64,000 nucleotides of DNA from Chloropicon primus (Eukaryota). The first letter of the stretch is position 1, and each line of letters begins with the position of its first letter. The translations under genes were made by a program, and so were the position numbers. Shown piece by piece: positions 43,086 through 54,838 of the stretch. The DNA is taken from contig CP060763.1 of the NCBI GenBank assembly GCA_023205875.1, positions 682,001 to 746,000 of the forward strand, in the 5' to 3' direction. The notes beneath the pieces are model-generated. The model did no database searches and had not been told where the DNA came from. It saw only the letters and a program-made list of their open reading frames with translations.

Positions 43086-44849
43086 ATGCCTAAGACATTT
43101 AAGAAGAAGGGGGACAAGAAGGGGGAGCCGAAGCATGCGCAGGATGCGAACAGGTCAAACAAGACGAAGCCCGGGGCCCACTCCATACGTAGTGCGGCCA
43201 CGGTGCGACGGCTTAACATGTACAACGACAAGGCGAAGAGGGACAAGAAGGGAAAGTTCATCTCCCAGTCTTTCCAGTCCAAGGAGCTGCCGAACAGCAG
43301 GATTCAGCCGGACAGGAGGTGGTTCGGGAACACGAGGGTCATTGGGCAGCAGCAGCTGCAGAGGTTCCGGGAGGAGCTCGGGGCGAAGCTGAAGTCCCCC
43401 TTCAACGTGCTTCTCAAGGAAAGGAAGCTGCCCATGTCGCTCCTGAACGAGGGGGAGAGCAGCAAGCAGGCAAAGGTGGACCTCCTCAAGGTGCAGGGCT
43501 ACCAGGACACTTTCGGGCCCAAGAGCCAGCGCAAGAGGCCAAGGATGCTGGCCAACGACCTGGAGTCCCTCGTGAAGAAGGTGAAGAAGAGCGACGCGGA
43601 GTACGAGGAGAGGGTCACCACGGGGAGAGGCGACTCCTCGGCGGTGAAGGACAACATGGAGGCCAGGGACCTCGTGAAGGACAAGCTCTTCGAGAAGGGC
43701 CAGTCCAAGAGAATCTGGGGCGAGCTTTACAAGGTCATAGACTCCTCTGATGTGATCATCCAGGTTCTGGACGCGAGGGACCCCATCGGGACGAGGTGCC
43801 AGCACGTGGAGAGGCACCTGAAGAAGAACGCCAGGCACAAGCACATGCTGTTGCTCCTCAACAAGTGCGACTTGGTTCCCGCCTGGGTCACCAAGAGGTA
43901 CCTGCACATGCTCTCCAAGGACTACCCGACCTTGGCCTTCCACGCGAGCATCACCAACCCCTTCGGCAAGGGCTCTCTCATCTCTTTGCTGAGGCAGATT
44001 GCCAGGCTGCACAGTGACAAGCAGGCCATCTCCATTGGGTTCGTGGGCTACCCAAACGTGGGGAAGAGCTCCGTGATCAACACCCTGAGAACCAAAAAGG
44101 TGTGCAACGTCGCTCCGGTTCCGGGTGAGACCAAAGTGTGGCAGTACATCACTCTGACCAAGAGGATCTTCCTGATCGATTGCCCTGGGGTGGTGTACAA
44201 CAGCACGAGCGACACGGAGACGGACAGCGTTCTCAAGGGCGTTGTGAGGGTGGAAAGGCTGGAGGACGCCACGGAGCACATCCCTGCCGTCCTCTCCAGG
44301 GTGAAGAGGAAGTACATCTCCCAAGCCTACAAGGTCAGCAAGTGGAAAGATCCCACTGACTTTTTGGAGCAGCTCGCCAGGAGGATGGGAAAGATGCTCA
44401 AGGGAGGGGAGCCGGACCTCAACACTGCGGCGAGGATGATGCTCCAGGACTGGCAGAGGGGAAAGATCCCTTTCTTCGTGAATCCACCGGAGCACGTCGA
44501 GGAGCTGGGGCCAGCGGAGGAGGAGAGCGACGACGAGGAGAGCGAGGAGAGCCAGGGGGAGGAGAAGCCCACCGACGAGAAGCTCGAGCAGATCGCGAAG
44601 GAGTCGCTCAAGGCGGCGGAGGAGGCCCAGCGGAAGCAGGAGAAGGAAAAGTTCCCGACCAAGGCTGACTTTTTTGATAAGGAAGAGCAGGGCTCCGACC
44701 AAGACCAGGAGGAGGAGGAGGAGGCCCGCGGCAAACCCGATGGAGGAAAGGGCAGTGGGGACAACGACGGGAGCTCTGACAGCGAGGACAGCCATGGTTA
44801 CGGCGACAAGGGCCTGTCATGGGAGGCAGTCATGCAATATGTGAAGTAA
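43086..44849 (+). CDS. NOG2: Nucleolar GTP-binding protein 2 (NOG2/GNL2)
   Basis: [15 protein letters not shown] (NGP1NT), [42 protein letters not shown]. Confidence 0.96.
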   Translation: MPKTFKKKGDKKGEPKHAQDANRSNKTKPGAHSIRSAATVRRLNMYNDKAKRDKKGKFISQSFQSKELPNSRIQPDRRWFGNTRVIGQQQLQRFREELGAKLKSPFNVLLKERKLPMSLLNEGESSKQAKVDLLKVQGYQDTFGPKSQRKRPRMLANDLESLVKKVKKSDAEYEERVTTGRGDSSAVKDNMEARDLVKDKLFEKGQSKRIWGELYKVIDSSDVIIQVLDARDPIGTRCQHVERHLKKNARHKHMLLLLNKCDLVPAWVTKRYLHMLSKDYPTLAFHASITNPFGKGSLISLLRQIARLHSDKQAISIGFVGYPNVGKSSVINTLRTKKVCNVAPVPGETKVWQYITLTKRIFLIDCPGVVYNSTSDTETDSVLKGVVRVERLEDATEHIPAVLSRVKRKYISQAYKVSKWKDPTDFLEQLARRMGKMLKGGEPDLNTAARMMLQDWQRGKIPFFVNPPEHVEELGPAEEESDDEESEESQGEEKPTDEKLEQIAKESLKAAEEAQRKQEKEKFPTKADFFDKEEQGSDQDQEEEEEARGKPDGGKGSGDNDGSSDSEDSHGYGDKGLSWEAVMQYVK

Positions 44850-45011
44850 AGACGCTCTCTTTTTTTTCTCTTGTAAAACATTGTGTGGACCAAGCTCACA
44901 AGAATCGAAGTTTTCTTTTACACGTGTGCGCTTTTTTTTTTTACATATGCCCTTGCCCATGGAGTCTTTGTCGTCATTGTGTTGTTGTTGTTCGCGAATC
45001 GTTCCACTACT

Positions 45012-46400
45012 CTAAGACCCACTCGGGTACAGGGAGTTATAATGAACCTCGGCCCAGAAACTGAGCCACAGGACGCGCGGGTGCAACGTCTCCTGGGGCT
45101 TGATGTCGATGATGAAAGAGGTCTTGTAGGAGCTCAGGATGCAAATCCTTCTGCCATAAACGTCCGCGGCAGCCTGAAGGGTCACGTGGTCGCCCCACTC
45201 CCCGTCCTTGGCCATCGTGTTGACGTACTCGTCATACTCCTCTGGCACATAAGGTTTGTAAAGGTCGCTGTGGTTCCTGAGCTGGCCGATTGCCATCTTC
45301 CTCACCTCCTCGTGGCGATCCATGGTGCCAAACAGCTGGTCCGCCAGTGACCTGAACTGGCAGTTCCCGTCCCCCTTCACCTTCTTCTCCTTCAACCCGT
45401 AGTGCTTGAGCCGGTCCGCCAGATTCATGTAGTCCATATCGGCGACTTCCTTTGTGGGCACGTTCTCCACGACCTTGGGCAGGTGGGCGGTCATCCGGGG
45501 CTCCTCCAAGTAGTCAGCGGGCGGTGGGGGCGGGGGGAGGAGGTCCAGTGCCACCGCTCCGTTCGAGGGCGGTGGGGGCGGCGGTGGCATCTGCATCGCC
45601 CCGTTCGAGGGGGGCGGGGGCGGGGGCCCGGGCCCCGCTCCCGCCATCTGGGGCGCGCTCGGGGGGCCTGTCGGGGGGATTGTCACCGGCATTGCCACCT
45701 CCGGCACCACTGGGGCGGCCGCAGAGAGAATTCTGGCCGAGTCCATGCTCGGGTAGGACACCACGCTCCCCGACGCCGGGGAGCCGTCCGGCCGGCGGGG
45801 CTTCCCTTGCGTCCCCCTCGCCGCCGCGAGGAGGTCCGCGCTCGTCCCGCTCAGCAGATCCACCGGACCTCCGGCCCCGGGGCCAGCCCCCCCCAACTTT
45901 TGCTCCCCTCCCTCTCCCTGCGCGGAGCCCTCCCCCCTGATGCACAGGTCGTCCAGTGGCAGGACGCCGCCCGCCCCGCTGGCTCCAGCCGCGCCCCCCG
46001 TGTCCTCCCTCTTGGCCACGGGCTCCCCAGCCCTCGCCGCCCCCCGGCCAACCTTCTCCTTCTCCTTCTTCCCCTGGTCGCCGCCCTGGTCGAGAGTCTT
46101 CGTCAGGGACTCCAGCTCGCTTATCGCCCTGCACAGGGGCTCGTTCAGCTTCTTATACCTCTCCCTGTTCGCGGGCTTGTGCTTGAACTCCTGGTGCTTG
46201 GGTATCGTGTCCAGCAGCAGGGATGAGAACCGAGCTTGGATCACGAACAGGTTGAAGTGGTCCATGCTCGCCCTGTATATCATGGCTTGCCTCATCAGCC
46301 TCTCCGCCCTATCGTAGTACTCCTCGATGGGAAACCGCGAGTTCACCGGAATGCACGGCGCCTGCTTCATCAGAAGCTGGCTCGTCTTGGGCTTCTTCAT
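45012..46400 (-). CDS. OTU deubiquitinase with N-terminal AMSH/USP8-type MIT domain
   Basis: C-terminal VKGDGNCQFRSLADQL..GEWGDHVTLQAAAD..WLSFWAEVHYNSLY. N-terminal VNSRFPIEEYYDRAERLMRQAMIYR..RFSSLLLDTIPKH. The linker is Pro-rich. Confidence 0.88.
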   Translation of the reverse strand: MKKPKTSQLLMKQAPCIPVNSRFPIEEYYDRAERLMRQAMIYRASMDHFNLFVIQARFSSLLLDTIPKHQEFKHKPANRERYKKLNEPLCRAISELESLTKTLDQGGDQGKKEKEKVGRGAARAGEPVAKREDTGGAAGASGAGGVLPLDDLCIRGEGSAQGEGGEQKLGGAGPGAGGPVDLLSGTSADLLAAARGTQGKPRRPDGSPASGSVVSYPSMDSARILSAAAPVVPEVAMPVTIPPTGPPSAPQMAGAGPGPPPPPPSNGAMQMPPPPPPPSNGAVALDLLPPPPPPADYLEEPRMTAHLPKVVENVPTKEVADMDYMNLADRLKHYGLKEKKVKGDGNCQFRSLADQLFGTMDRHEEVRKMAIGQLRNHSDLYKPYVPEEYDEYVNTMAKDGEWGDHVTLQAAADVYGRRICILSSYKTSFIIDIKPQETLHPRVLWLSFWAEVHYNSLYPSGS

Positions 46401-46595
46401 CTTCAGTGCTCAAGGCTAACGCGTCTCCTCGTCGTCCGCGTCTCCTCCTCCTCCTCTCCTCGTCGCTCGTCGTCTCCTCTCTCTAGGAGGCCGGAGCCAT
46501 CCTCGTTCTGTCTCGGACAAGCGAGAGACCGCGGGGTGATGGAGGAGAGGAGGAGGCTTTGGAGGAGAGGGAGGGTGCAGGAGGAGGGGAGGAGA

Positions 46596-46806
46596 GAGGA
46601 GGATGGATGCAGGAGGGAGGATGCAGGAGGCTGGGGCCCACAAGATGGGTGGGTGGAAGGGGGGACCACGGGAGGATGCAGGAAGGAGGGTACAGAAGGA
46701 TGGATGCAGGAAGGAGGGTGCAGGAGGATGGACGAGGGAGGAGGATGGATGCAGGAGGGAGGATGCAGGAGGATGGGGCCCACAAGATGGGTGGGTGGAA
46801 GGGGGG
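46596..46806. repeat. 69-bp direct repeat (46596-46664, 46738-46806) within a GGA(T)G/GCAGG-rich tract
   Basis: One mismatch between the copies. Confidence 0.88.
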
Positions 46807-47023
46807 AGGAGGGAGGGAGGGGTCGTGGCGTGCTGTGGCTTGGAAGAGTGAGGGTGGTTTCAAGCATAAACGAATAAACATCGAATAAAAAATCTTTAGG
46901 GTGTTGTTTTCTAAGGGACCGGAGGAGGATGTGTGTGTCTGTGTGGGGGGGGGGGTCACGGAGGGCCGGGGCCATCCATCGAGCGAATGGCGATTCCGCG
47001 CGCTCCCCCCCCTCCCCCTCGTG

Positions 47024-47776
47024 TCAGGCTCGGACGGAGGAGAGGCCCCCGTCCACGGCGAGGACCTGGCCCGTGATGTACGAGTTGGCCGGATCGAGGA
47101 GGAATGCGAGGGCGCTGGCCACGTCCTCCGGCTCGCCGATGCGGCCCAGGGCGTGCATCTTGACGGAGGCCGCGAGGGCGACCTCGTTCCCCGTGATCCT
47201 TTCCGTCATGGGCGTCCTCGTCAGCCCCGGGGCCACGCAGTTGACCCTTATCCCGCTCGGCCCGTACGTGCAGGCCGCGGAGAGGGCGAGGCCCTGGACG
47301 CCGCCCTTGGCCGCCGCGATGGCCTCGTGGTTGGCCACGCCGTGGCCCGCCACCGCGCTCGAGCACAGGGCGATGCTCCCGCCCCCCGACCGGCGCATCT
47401 CCTTGGCGCTCCCCCTCAGGATGTTGAAGGACGTCACCAGGTTCGTCTGCAGGCAGTCCAAAAAGTCCTTGTCGGACGTCGTGTGCGCGGGCTTGAGGAC
47501 CACGGAGCCGATGCAGTTGGCCACCCCGTCCAGGGCCCCGTACTCCTTCTTGGTCATCTTGATCACCCTCTCGACCTCCTTCCCGTCGAGGGCGTCCACC
47601 TCCACGACTTGGGCCCTCTCCGGCTCCGCCAAGGTCGACCTGATTCCCTCCGCCTTGTCCGTCGCCCGGGCGGCGAGGACCACGATGTCCCCCCTCGCGC
47701 TGAGCGCCCTGCACAGGGCCTGCCCGATCCCCCCCGTCGCGCCGAACACGACTTGAATCCCTCGACGGGTGCCCAT
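47024..47776 (-). CDS. Short-chain dehydrogenase/reductase (bacterial-like, atypical active site)
   Basis: [62 protein letters not shown]. Confidence 0.9.
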   Translation of the reverse strand: MGTRRGIQVVFGATGGIGQALCRALSARGDIVVLAARATDKAEGIRSTLAEPERAQVVEVDALDGKEVERVIKMTKKEYGALDGVANCIGSVVLKPAHTTSDKDFLDCLQTNLVTSFNILRGSAKEMRRSGGGSIALCSSAVAGHGVANHEAIAAAKGGVQGLALSAACTYGPSGIRVNCVAPGLTRTPMTERITGNEVALAASVKMHALGRIGEPEDVASALAFLLDPANSYITGQVLAVDGGLSSVRA

Positions 47777-48252
47777 CCCTTCGCTCGCACGATGGATACC
47801 TTGATTGCTTACTCCCTTGATTGCTTGCTCCCTTGGGAAGGTGGTGGGCGGTTCGAGTTTGCGTTTGCGCTTGCGTTTGCCTTGGATATCTCGATTCGAT
47901 TCTCGCTCCAGTGCATCCAACACCCCGTACCAGTGTCCTCCAACCCCCCGTGCGAACCCTGTGTCGCCCTCCTCGCCCCTTCTTGCGCCCCCCTGCTCCC
48001 CTCCTCATCCCTCGTTCCCTTTTGTTTCCGTTTTTGTGACTCTCAACACCGCCACGTGTCACCGTTTACACCCATTTGTGGCCTTAAAATTTCTCCGCCT
48101 TATCGAGATGGAGATTGTAGAAGGGGAACAACAACTCGACAGGGAGGACGAGGACGAGGACCCGAACCCAACACCAACACCAACACCAACACCAACACGA
48201 ACCCCCCGCCCCGCCCCGTCCACCAAAACAACGACGACGACGACGACGACGA

Positions 48253-48291
<39 letters not shown>

Positions 48292-48545
48292 GGGCGGGAA
48301 GACTCGAGTCTGGAGTCTGCAGAGAAAGAACGAGGCAACGCAACGCCCTGCTGCTGCTGGTCTCTCTTGAGGGGGGGTTGGTGGGGTTTGACCAGACTGG
48401 AACGCCTTCACACACACACACACACACAGAGACACACCGGCAGCACAACTGTCGCTGCTCATCGTTTGATTTGATTTGATTTGTTTTGTTTTGTTTTGTT
48501 TTGTTTTGTTGTGATTGATCCCTTGCTCCAGACCCGACGCGCGCC

Positions 48546-51500
48546 ATGTCAGCTGCTGCTGCTGCTGCCGCCGCGGAGGCGATGGACACGCTGGCGAGGA
48601 CGCTGGACAGCGCCGCGACCTCCTCCGCCGGGCCTGATGACCACGCCCTCTCGCCGCCGAGCTTCGAGGTCGTCGTCGCGGTGGGCGACGCCTTCGAGGT
48701 GCTGAGCCGGGCCCTGGAGGAGGGCGACGACGACCTCGAGGCGCCGCGAAGGGGCTTCGTGGCCCGATTCGCCAGGGAGAGGGCCCAGGAGTGCCTCTGG
48801 GTCGTGGCGGACGCCCTCAGCAACGACGAGGTCCTGGACGAGTTCGTGAGGACCGGCGTCGCGGCAAGGCTCGTGAGCAGCCTGCGGGAGGGCATCCTGG
48901 AGAGGCCGGGCCAGACGTCGTCCTCCTCGTCCTCCTCATCGCCCAAGGCGCAGGACGTCAACCCGTACCACCTGTACTGCGTGCAGTGCCTCGCGTGCAT
49001 GGGGGAGTACGTGGAGTGCCTCGGCCCCATCCTGAAGGACAAGGGGGTGGAGGTGAGCGTCGAGCTGCTGAGGCGGTGGAGGGACCGGCCCGACGCCCTG
49101 GGCGTCCTGCTGCACCTCATCTGCTCCCTCCTGGCGCACAAGAAGTACGCCCAGCTTTTCGTGGACCACGGCGGGGTGGGCCTGCTCCTGGACCTCGGCA
49201 GAACGAGCGACGTCTCCATGTGCCTCTTCGGGATCTCCTCCATCCCGGAGGCCCTGGAGCAGGCGTGCAACCTGGGCCAGGGCGTGTGCGAGAGGATGGC
49301 CAAGGTGGCCCTGGACCAGATGAGCAGCGGGATCGATCCGGCAAGGAAGAACTCCGCCCTCTTCCTTGCGGAGGCCCTCAAGTACCAGCCCGTCGTGGAG
49401 TGCTTCGACGACCGCAACGGCCTGCGGGCGACGCTGAACTTGCTGAGGGCGAGCCAGAAGTTCGAGTCCACGAGAACGGAGGCCATCATCGCCTACCACC
49501 TGCTTTCCGTGCTGAGAGCGTACTTCAGGGCCAAGCTCGGCGTCCTGGTGTCCGGCATCCAACCCGCCAAGCTCCCGCTGAATAGGGCCAAGGCCGTCGA
49601 CATGAGTTCGGACTCCTTGGGCTTCATCATGTCCCTGGCGAAGAGCGACAAGGCCATAAGCCTCTGGTTCGCGTGCGAGGTGTGGCCCCCCGCCAAAAAC
49701 TTCCTCGAGTCGAGCGGGGTGGAGACCATGCTTCACTTTGTTCAGCCGCACGCCATCGGAAAGTACCACTCCGAGACGGTGATCTCCGTCTTCGAGATCA
49801 TGCAGGTCGTCACCCTCTCTCACGAGTTCCACGTCAAGCTGGAGAGCTCCACGATCCCAACGGGAGCTGGAAGCAGGCGGAGCACCGTGGAGATCCTGTT
49901 GACGGCGGCCACCAAGTACAGGTCTTACCCGGATCCCCAAGTGGCCGTCAGGGCCCTCGAGGTCATTGTCAACCTCGTGTGCCTGCCGGAAGCCCTGGTG
50001 GACTTGGTGGTGGATCCGGGCGTGCAGCCAATGAAGCACCACAGCAACTGCTGCCACGCCTGCGGTCACGGCCAGGGCCTCAAAGGGGCGCTCGTGGAGT
50101 CTCTCAGAAAGACTTACGAGGAATCCAGGATGCTCGTGAGGGCCAACAACGGGATCAAAGTACTGCTGGATCTCCTGCGCAACAGGTGCCACGATCTTCA
50201 GAACTCAGAGACTATGAGTTTACTCAGTCTCCAGGCTCTCTTGGGCTTGGCCCAGGATCCCTCGATCGCCCAAGTCCTGAGCAAGCTGCAGCTCCCGCAC
50301 CTCCTGTCGGAGATGCTGAGGGATCCGAACTCGGGGCACGGGAGAACGAGCAGGTACTCCAAGGCATCGCCGAGCCTGTTCGTGCAGAACTTCCGACGAG
50401 CTGCCTTAAAGCTGATATCCGTGTTAACGGGCTCGGACCTCGCGGACACCATCTCCACGAGCGAGGCGACGACATCGGCCCTGCAAAAGATAGAGAAATC
50501 GTCCATCGTGGCGTCCACGGAGATCAGTTACCCACAGAGGGAGCTCTTCCAGTTGATCCACGACCATCTCGTTGCGGCTGGCATGGAGGCCACCGCCAAG
50601 AGCCTGGAAATGGAGGCCAAGTTGGTCGAAGGCAAGGAAGACGAGAAGGGCCTGATGAACACGCTCACCTTTCCCGACAAGCACGGAGTCATGGTGAGCG
50701 TGAAGGCAAAGCCAGAGAAGATCAGGCTGCACTTGAAGCCCAGACCGAGGAAGGGCGGCTCCGGCAAGAGAGGCTTGGATAATGAGCCCCGGGCGGACAC
50801 CGGGATGGACGACAGCAGAGAGGTCAAGAGGGCCAAACAACCAAAGCGTCACGAGGCGGCGGAAGTTTCCGGGGGGAAGAAGAACAGCCGCGTCAAAAGC
50901 AAGCTGGATTCGATCATCATGTCACACCTGAAGCACCAGCACTGTGAATGCGAGAACCCGATCTCTGTTTTGCCGCCCTTCTCCTTGATGGAGCCCCACG
51001 TGTGCCCCACGGCCAAATTCAAAGAGGCCGTCGAGAACACCAGGCCAAACGTGACATGCAGGTTGCTGAACATGCAGTCTCAGGCTCACCCCTGGGACCA
51101 AAAGTGCCTGGACAGGAAGCTCAATAAGCACTTTGTGCACTCTAGATTCAGGCACATGAGGACCGTGAAGGACGACACCGCCTTCACCGCTTGCAGCTTT
51201 ATGGGAAACTGCCAGCAGCTGGTCGTCGGCACGGATTCCGGTGACCTGCGTCTCTTGGACACCTTCTCCGGGGAGGTGGTGGACTGCTTCGATTCGCATT
51301 CCTCTGCGATCCATTCGTTGTGCACGATGCAACCCCAGGCTCAGAACGGCTGGCAGCCCCTGTTGCTCTCCTCGGCGAGCAACGAGGTTGTGCTCTGGGA
51401 CACCGTTGAGCTGAAGAGCCAAACAACGTTTCAGCACGTGTACGACGGGAGCTTTGACAGCTTCGGGACGAGAATCGTCTGCCCCAGCTCAAACAGAAAG

Positions 51501-52205
51501 CTGGCCAAGCTCTTCATCTTCGATGTCTGCAGTGGTCGGTCCTCTCCCGTGCAGAGCCTGGAGGACCCGGCCAGGAATGGCTGCGGGCGTTACAACGCTG
51601 ATCTGCACGGGAGAAACGCCGCCCACTTTGGCCACGAGGACAAGCTCGTCTTGTGGGGGAGCCTTCTCTGGGACCTTCGAATGTCCACGCCAATTCACCG
51701 TTACGATCGGTTCACGGACGGGGGCCGGAGTCAGTTTCACCCGAACGGCTTGGAAATCGTACTCAACAGCGAGGTGTGGGATCTTCGTACTCACAAGCTC
51801 CTGAGGAGCGTCCCGTCCTTGGACGGTGCGAACTTTGTGTTCAACCACACTGGTGACGTCGTCTATTCGTGGCACACGGGAGCCGCAGCCACGGAGGAGG
51901 CTTTCCCTGGGCTTCCCAGCCTCGGGAGGCACCCCATCCAGACCGCGTTCAAGGTCCTTGACGCGCATGATTACAGAGACATCTCCACGATCAATATCGA
52001 GAGGAATGTGGTGGATCTGTCCATTGCGCCAGAGGACAACGTCCTTGCAACCATATCCATCGACCCGATGGACCAGTATGCGAGCTCCTGCGCGGTCAGG
52101 ACGTACGAAATAGGCAGGAGGAAGCCCCAGGATTGCGACTCGGACCTCGAAGACGACGACGACGACGACGATGATGATGACTCGGAGGACGAGGAGGAAG
52201 AGGAG

Positions 52206-52271
<66 letters not shown>

Positions 52272-52397
52272 ATGGAAGGCTCGGATCTGGAGGAGGACGA
52301 GGAGGAGGAGATTGAGGACGAGGAACTCGAGGATGATTTGGAGGAAATCGAAATGGAAATGGACCACGGAGAGGGACGACGGGAAGACGTGTCTTGA
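48546..52397 (+). CDS. DCAF1: DDB1- and CUL4-associated factor 1 (DCAF1/VprBP)
   Basis: VRANNGIKVLL, LisH (ELFQLIHDHLVAAGMEATAKSLEMEA), PPFSLMEPHVCP, FVHSRFR, FHPNGLEIVLNSEVWDLRTHKLLRSVPSLD, YEIGR and an acidic tail. Confidence 0.94.
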
Positions 52398-52475
52398 TAG
52401 TATCTCGGCCGAAAAATGAAAATAATAAAATGAACGACCAAATATTTGTTGTATATACAAACACGCGCGCGTCCT

Positions 52476-53797
52476 TTAGTACGGCACATTTCGTGGAAGC
52501 TTGTTGATCACTGCGTTCTGGATACCCGAGTGGAGCTTCAGCTCCATTTGGTGATCCCTTCGCTTGTTCTCGCTGTCGTTCATCACCGCCAGGTTCTTGA
52601 TGGCGTCCTCGTGCTTGAGAAGCCCAAGCATCCTGTACCTGGCCACGATCTTGTTCGCAAGGACACTCTGCCTCTGGTCCAAAGGCCTGTGGCTCTGCTT
52701 GTAATACTTTGAGAGGCTCCTGCTGCCCAAAACTTTCGAGGTCTTGCCCTTTTTCGGAAGGAAGAGCTCGTACCCGTTGCTCACGGCAACCTGGCCGACC
52801 GAGGACGATTCCGCGAGCTGCAGGGATCCCATTCTCTCCTCCAGCGCCGCCTCCATGGCGGAGTAATCATAAAAGTCCTCGTACTCTTCCTCGTTGTCCT
52901 CGTAAAGCATCCTCGTCTTCCCCGTGTCCACCATGTGCCTCTGCACGGCGTGCACGCTACCAAACGTCTTTGCCTCCGGGTCGAGACCCGAGCTGTAAAG
53001 GGGAATGAAGCCCTGGCCCACCTTCGCGCCAAGGTACACGATCAGGCCCTCCGGGTCGGCCAGGTACTCCACGTCAGGGATGGAGAAACCAAAGTTCTTC
53101 CACATGTACTCGATGTTGTCCTCCACGTTCTTGCTCTTGTGGTTGTCGAACAAACTGACGCAAGGATCCCAAGGCTCGAAGTCCTCTTCGTCCTCGCTTG
53201 CCGTCTCCCAGCTGTCGCTGTGCTCCTCCTCCTCCCCCCTCTCCTGAGCCTCCACTCGCATCGCCGAGGACTCCGCCCCATCGGTGGACTCCCCGTCCGC
53301 CTGCCTGCCTGCCTCGTCTGCTGGTGCTGGGTTCCTTTGCTTCGTCTTGAGAACGGCTTCGGGCCTCACGCCGCCGTTCGCCTTGACGAGTTTCTGCAGC
53401 AGCAGCAGGACAAGAAGAAGAGCAAGAGGGAGCGGTTCAGTCAGTCTCCCTCGTCCGACCCACGCCAACCACCGCGTCGCCCACTCCTTACCTTGTACTT
53501 GTTTGAGTTGATGAACTCTTGGTACTTGGCCTCCGTGTTGAAGTGCTTCCTGGAGAGCGGGTCGAAGTACACGACCTGCTTCGCGTCCTCCTCCTCCTTT
53601 TGCTGGCTCCTTCCCAGCACAAGCTTATCCCTGTGAGTATCGAACCACTCCTTGGTTACCGGACCGAGGCCCGCCACGCGTCGCTTCAAGTTGTACCTGT
53701 GAAACGCCGACCTGTAGTGCTCGTGGAGTTCCTCCTCCGTTCGGAAGGGAACATTGCTCGTTGCGGAGAAGTACTCTCGCCCCCCACCGCCCTCCAT
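52476..53797 (-). CDS. REI1: Cytoplasmic 60S maturation factor REI1/ZNF622; 2 exons (53797-53492, 53393-52476)
   Basis: HYRSAFHRYNLKRRVAGL, GFSIPDVEYLADPEGLIVYLGAKV, EEEYEDFYDYS, LGSRSLSKYYKQ, LPRNVPY. The GTAAGG..CAG intron restores the frame. Confidence 0.92.
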
Positions 53798-54211
53798 GCT
53801 GCCCCTCTGCCTCCTCCACGCAACACCCACACCCACACCGACACGGCACGCACGCACTCTGTCTGTGTCTGTGCCGCCACCAGCGAGAGCGCGCAGTCTG
53901 CAGGGAGAGCGGGGAGCGGAGACGAGGAACGAGGAGGAGGAGGGGGGGGCGGGAGGAGCACAAGACATGGAGGGGGAACAAAGGAGGAAAGAGGACAAAA
54001 CAAAACAAAAGAAACGCGTATAGTATTACAAGCACAGGGAGAGAAAGAGGCAAAGGGAGAAGGGGACCGCGAGCGGCCGTGCTACGGTTCGCCTCGTGCG
54101 GACCGCACAAGCGCAAGCCGAGCCAAGCGCACGTCCCGGACCCCTCGCCGAGCGGAAGCCAACAAGAATTTTTTGGTGCCCCGTGGCCTCTTCCCCCCGC
54201 CCGCCGCTGTT

Positions 54212-54838
54212 CTAGAAGATGTCCCTGTTCGGTTGCGTGGTTGGGGAGAGCGTGGCGCAGCTGTTCATCTGCTTCAGGTGGACCTTGAGAGAGTAGTTCT
54301 CGATCTCCAGCTGCCTGGCTTGCTCCTGCGCGTGCGAGAGAGCCACCCTGAGGGCCTGGTTCTCCTCCTTGGCCCTCAGGAGGTGCCTCACCTGCTGCTG
54401 GGCGGCCGCGAGGGCCTCCCTCAAGCCGGCGGTGGACTCCTTCTCCGTCCGGAGCTTCTCGTTCTGGATCGCCACGGCCTTCTTCAGAATTTGGTTCTCC
54501 TTCTGGAACTCCCCCGCGTGCGACGGCTGCTTCTGAGCCTCTATGAACTTGTACTCGTGCTCGTGGTCCGCCGCCGCCACGTGGTCCACTCTTCCGCGCT
54601 TGAACGTCTGCTGGTGCGGCGAGTGGCTCGCCGCGATGCAGTTTGCGCGGAGGTCGAGGTCGTGCGCCTGGAGCGGCGCCCTTCCTCTCTTGAACCCGAC
54701 CCTCTGCTGTGTTTGGTGCTGGTGCTGCATCCCCTGGCACTCGCACGCGCTCGTTCCGGCCTCCGTCTGTCCTTGCTGAGCCAACCCAAGCCCCAGTCCT
54801 CCCGTCCTCCCGAACGGGTACTCGAGAACTTCCGCCAT
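54212..54838 (-). CDS. Coiled-coil protein resembling the C-terminus of plant CUE-domain family proteins
   Basis: ENQILKKAVAIQ..QARQLEIENYSLKVHLKQ..RDIF. Confidence 0.7.
   Translation of the reverse strand: MAEVLEYPFGRTGGLGLGLAQQGQTEAGTSACECQGMQHQHQTQQRVGFKRGRAPLQAHDLDLRANCIAASHSPHQQTFKRGRVDHVAAADHEHEYKFIEAQKQPSHAGEFQKENQILKKAVAIQNEKLRTEKESTAGLREALAAAQQQVRHLLRAKEENQALRVALSHAQEQARQLEIENYSLKVHLKQMNSCATLSPTTQPNRDIF

Noticed and set aside
1..53797. Clustering of ribosome-biogenesis genes (TSR1, NOG2, REI1)
   Set aside because: They are widely spaced among unrelated genes, which is compatible with chance in a compact genome.
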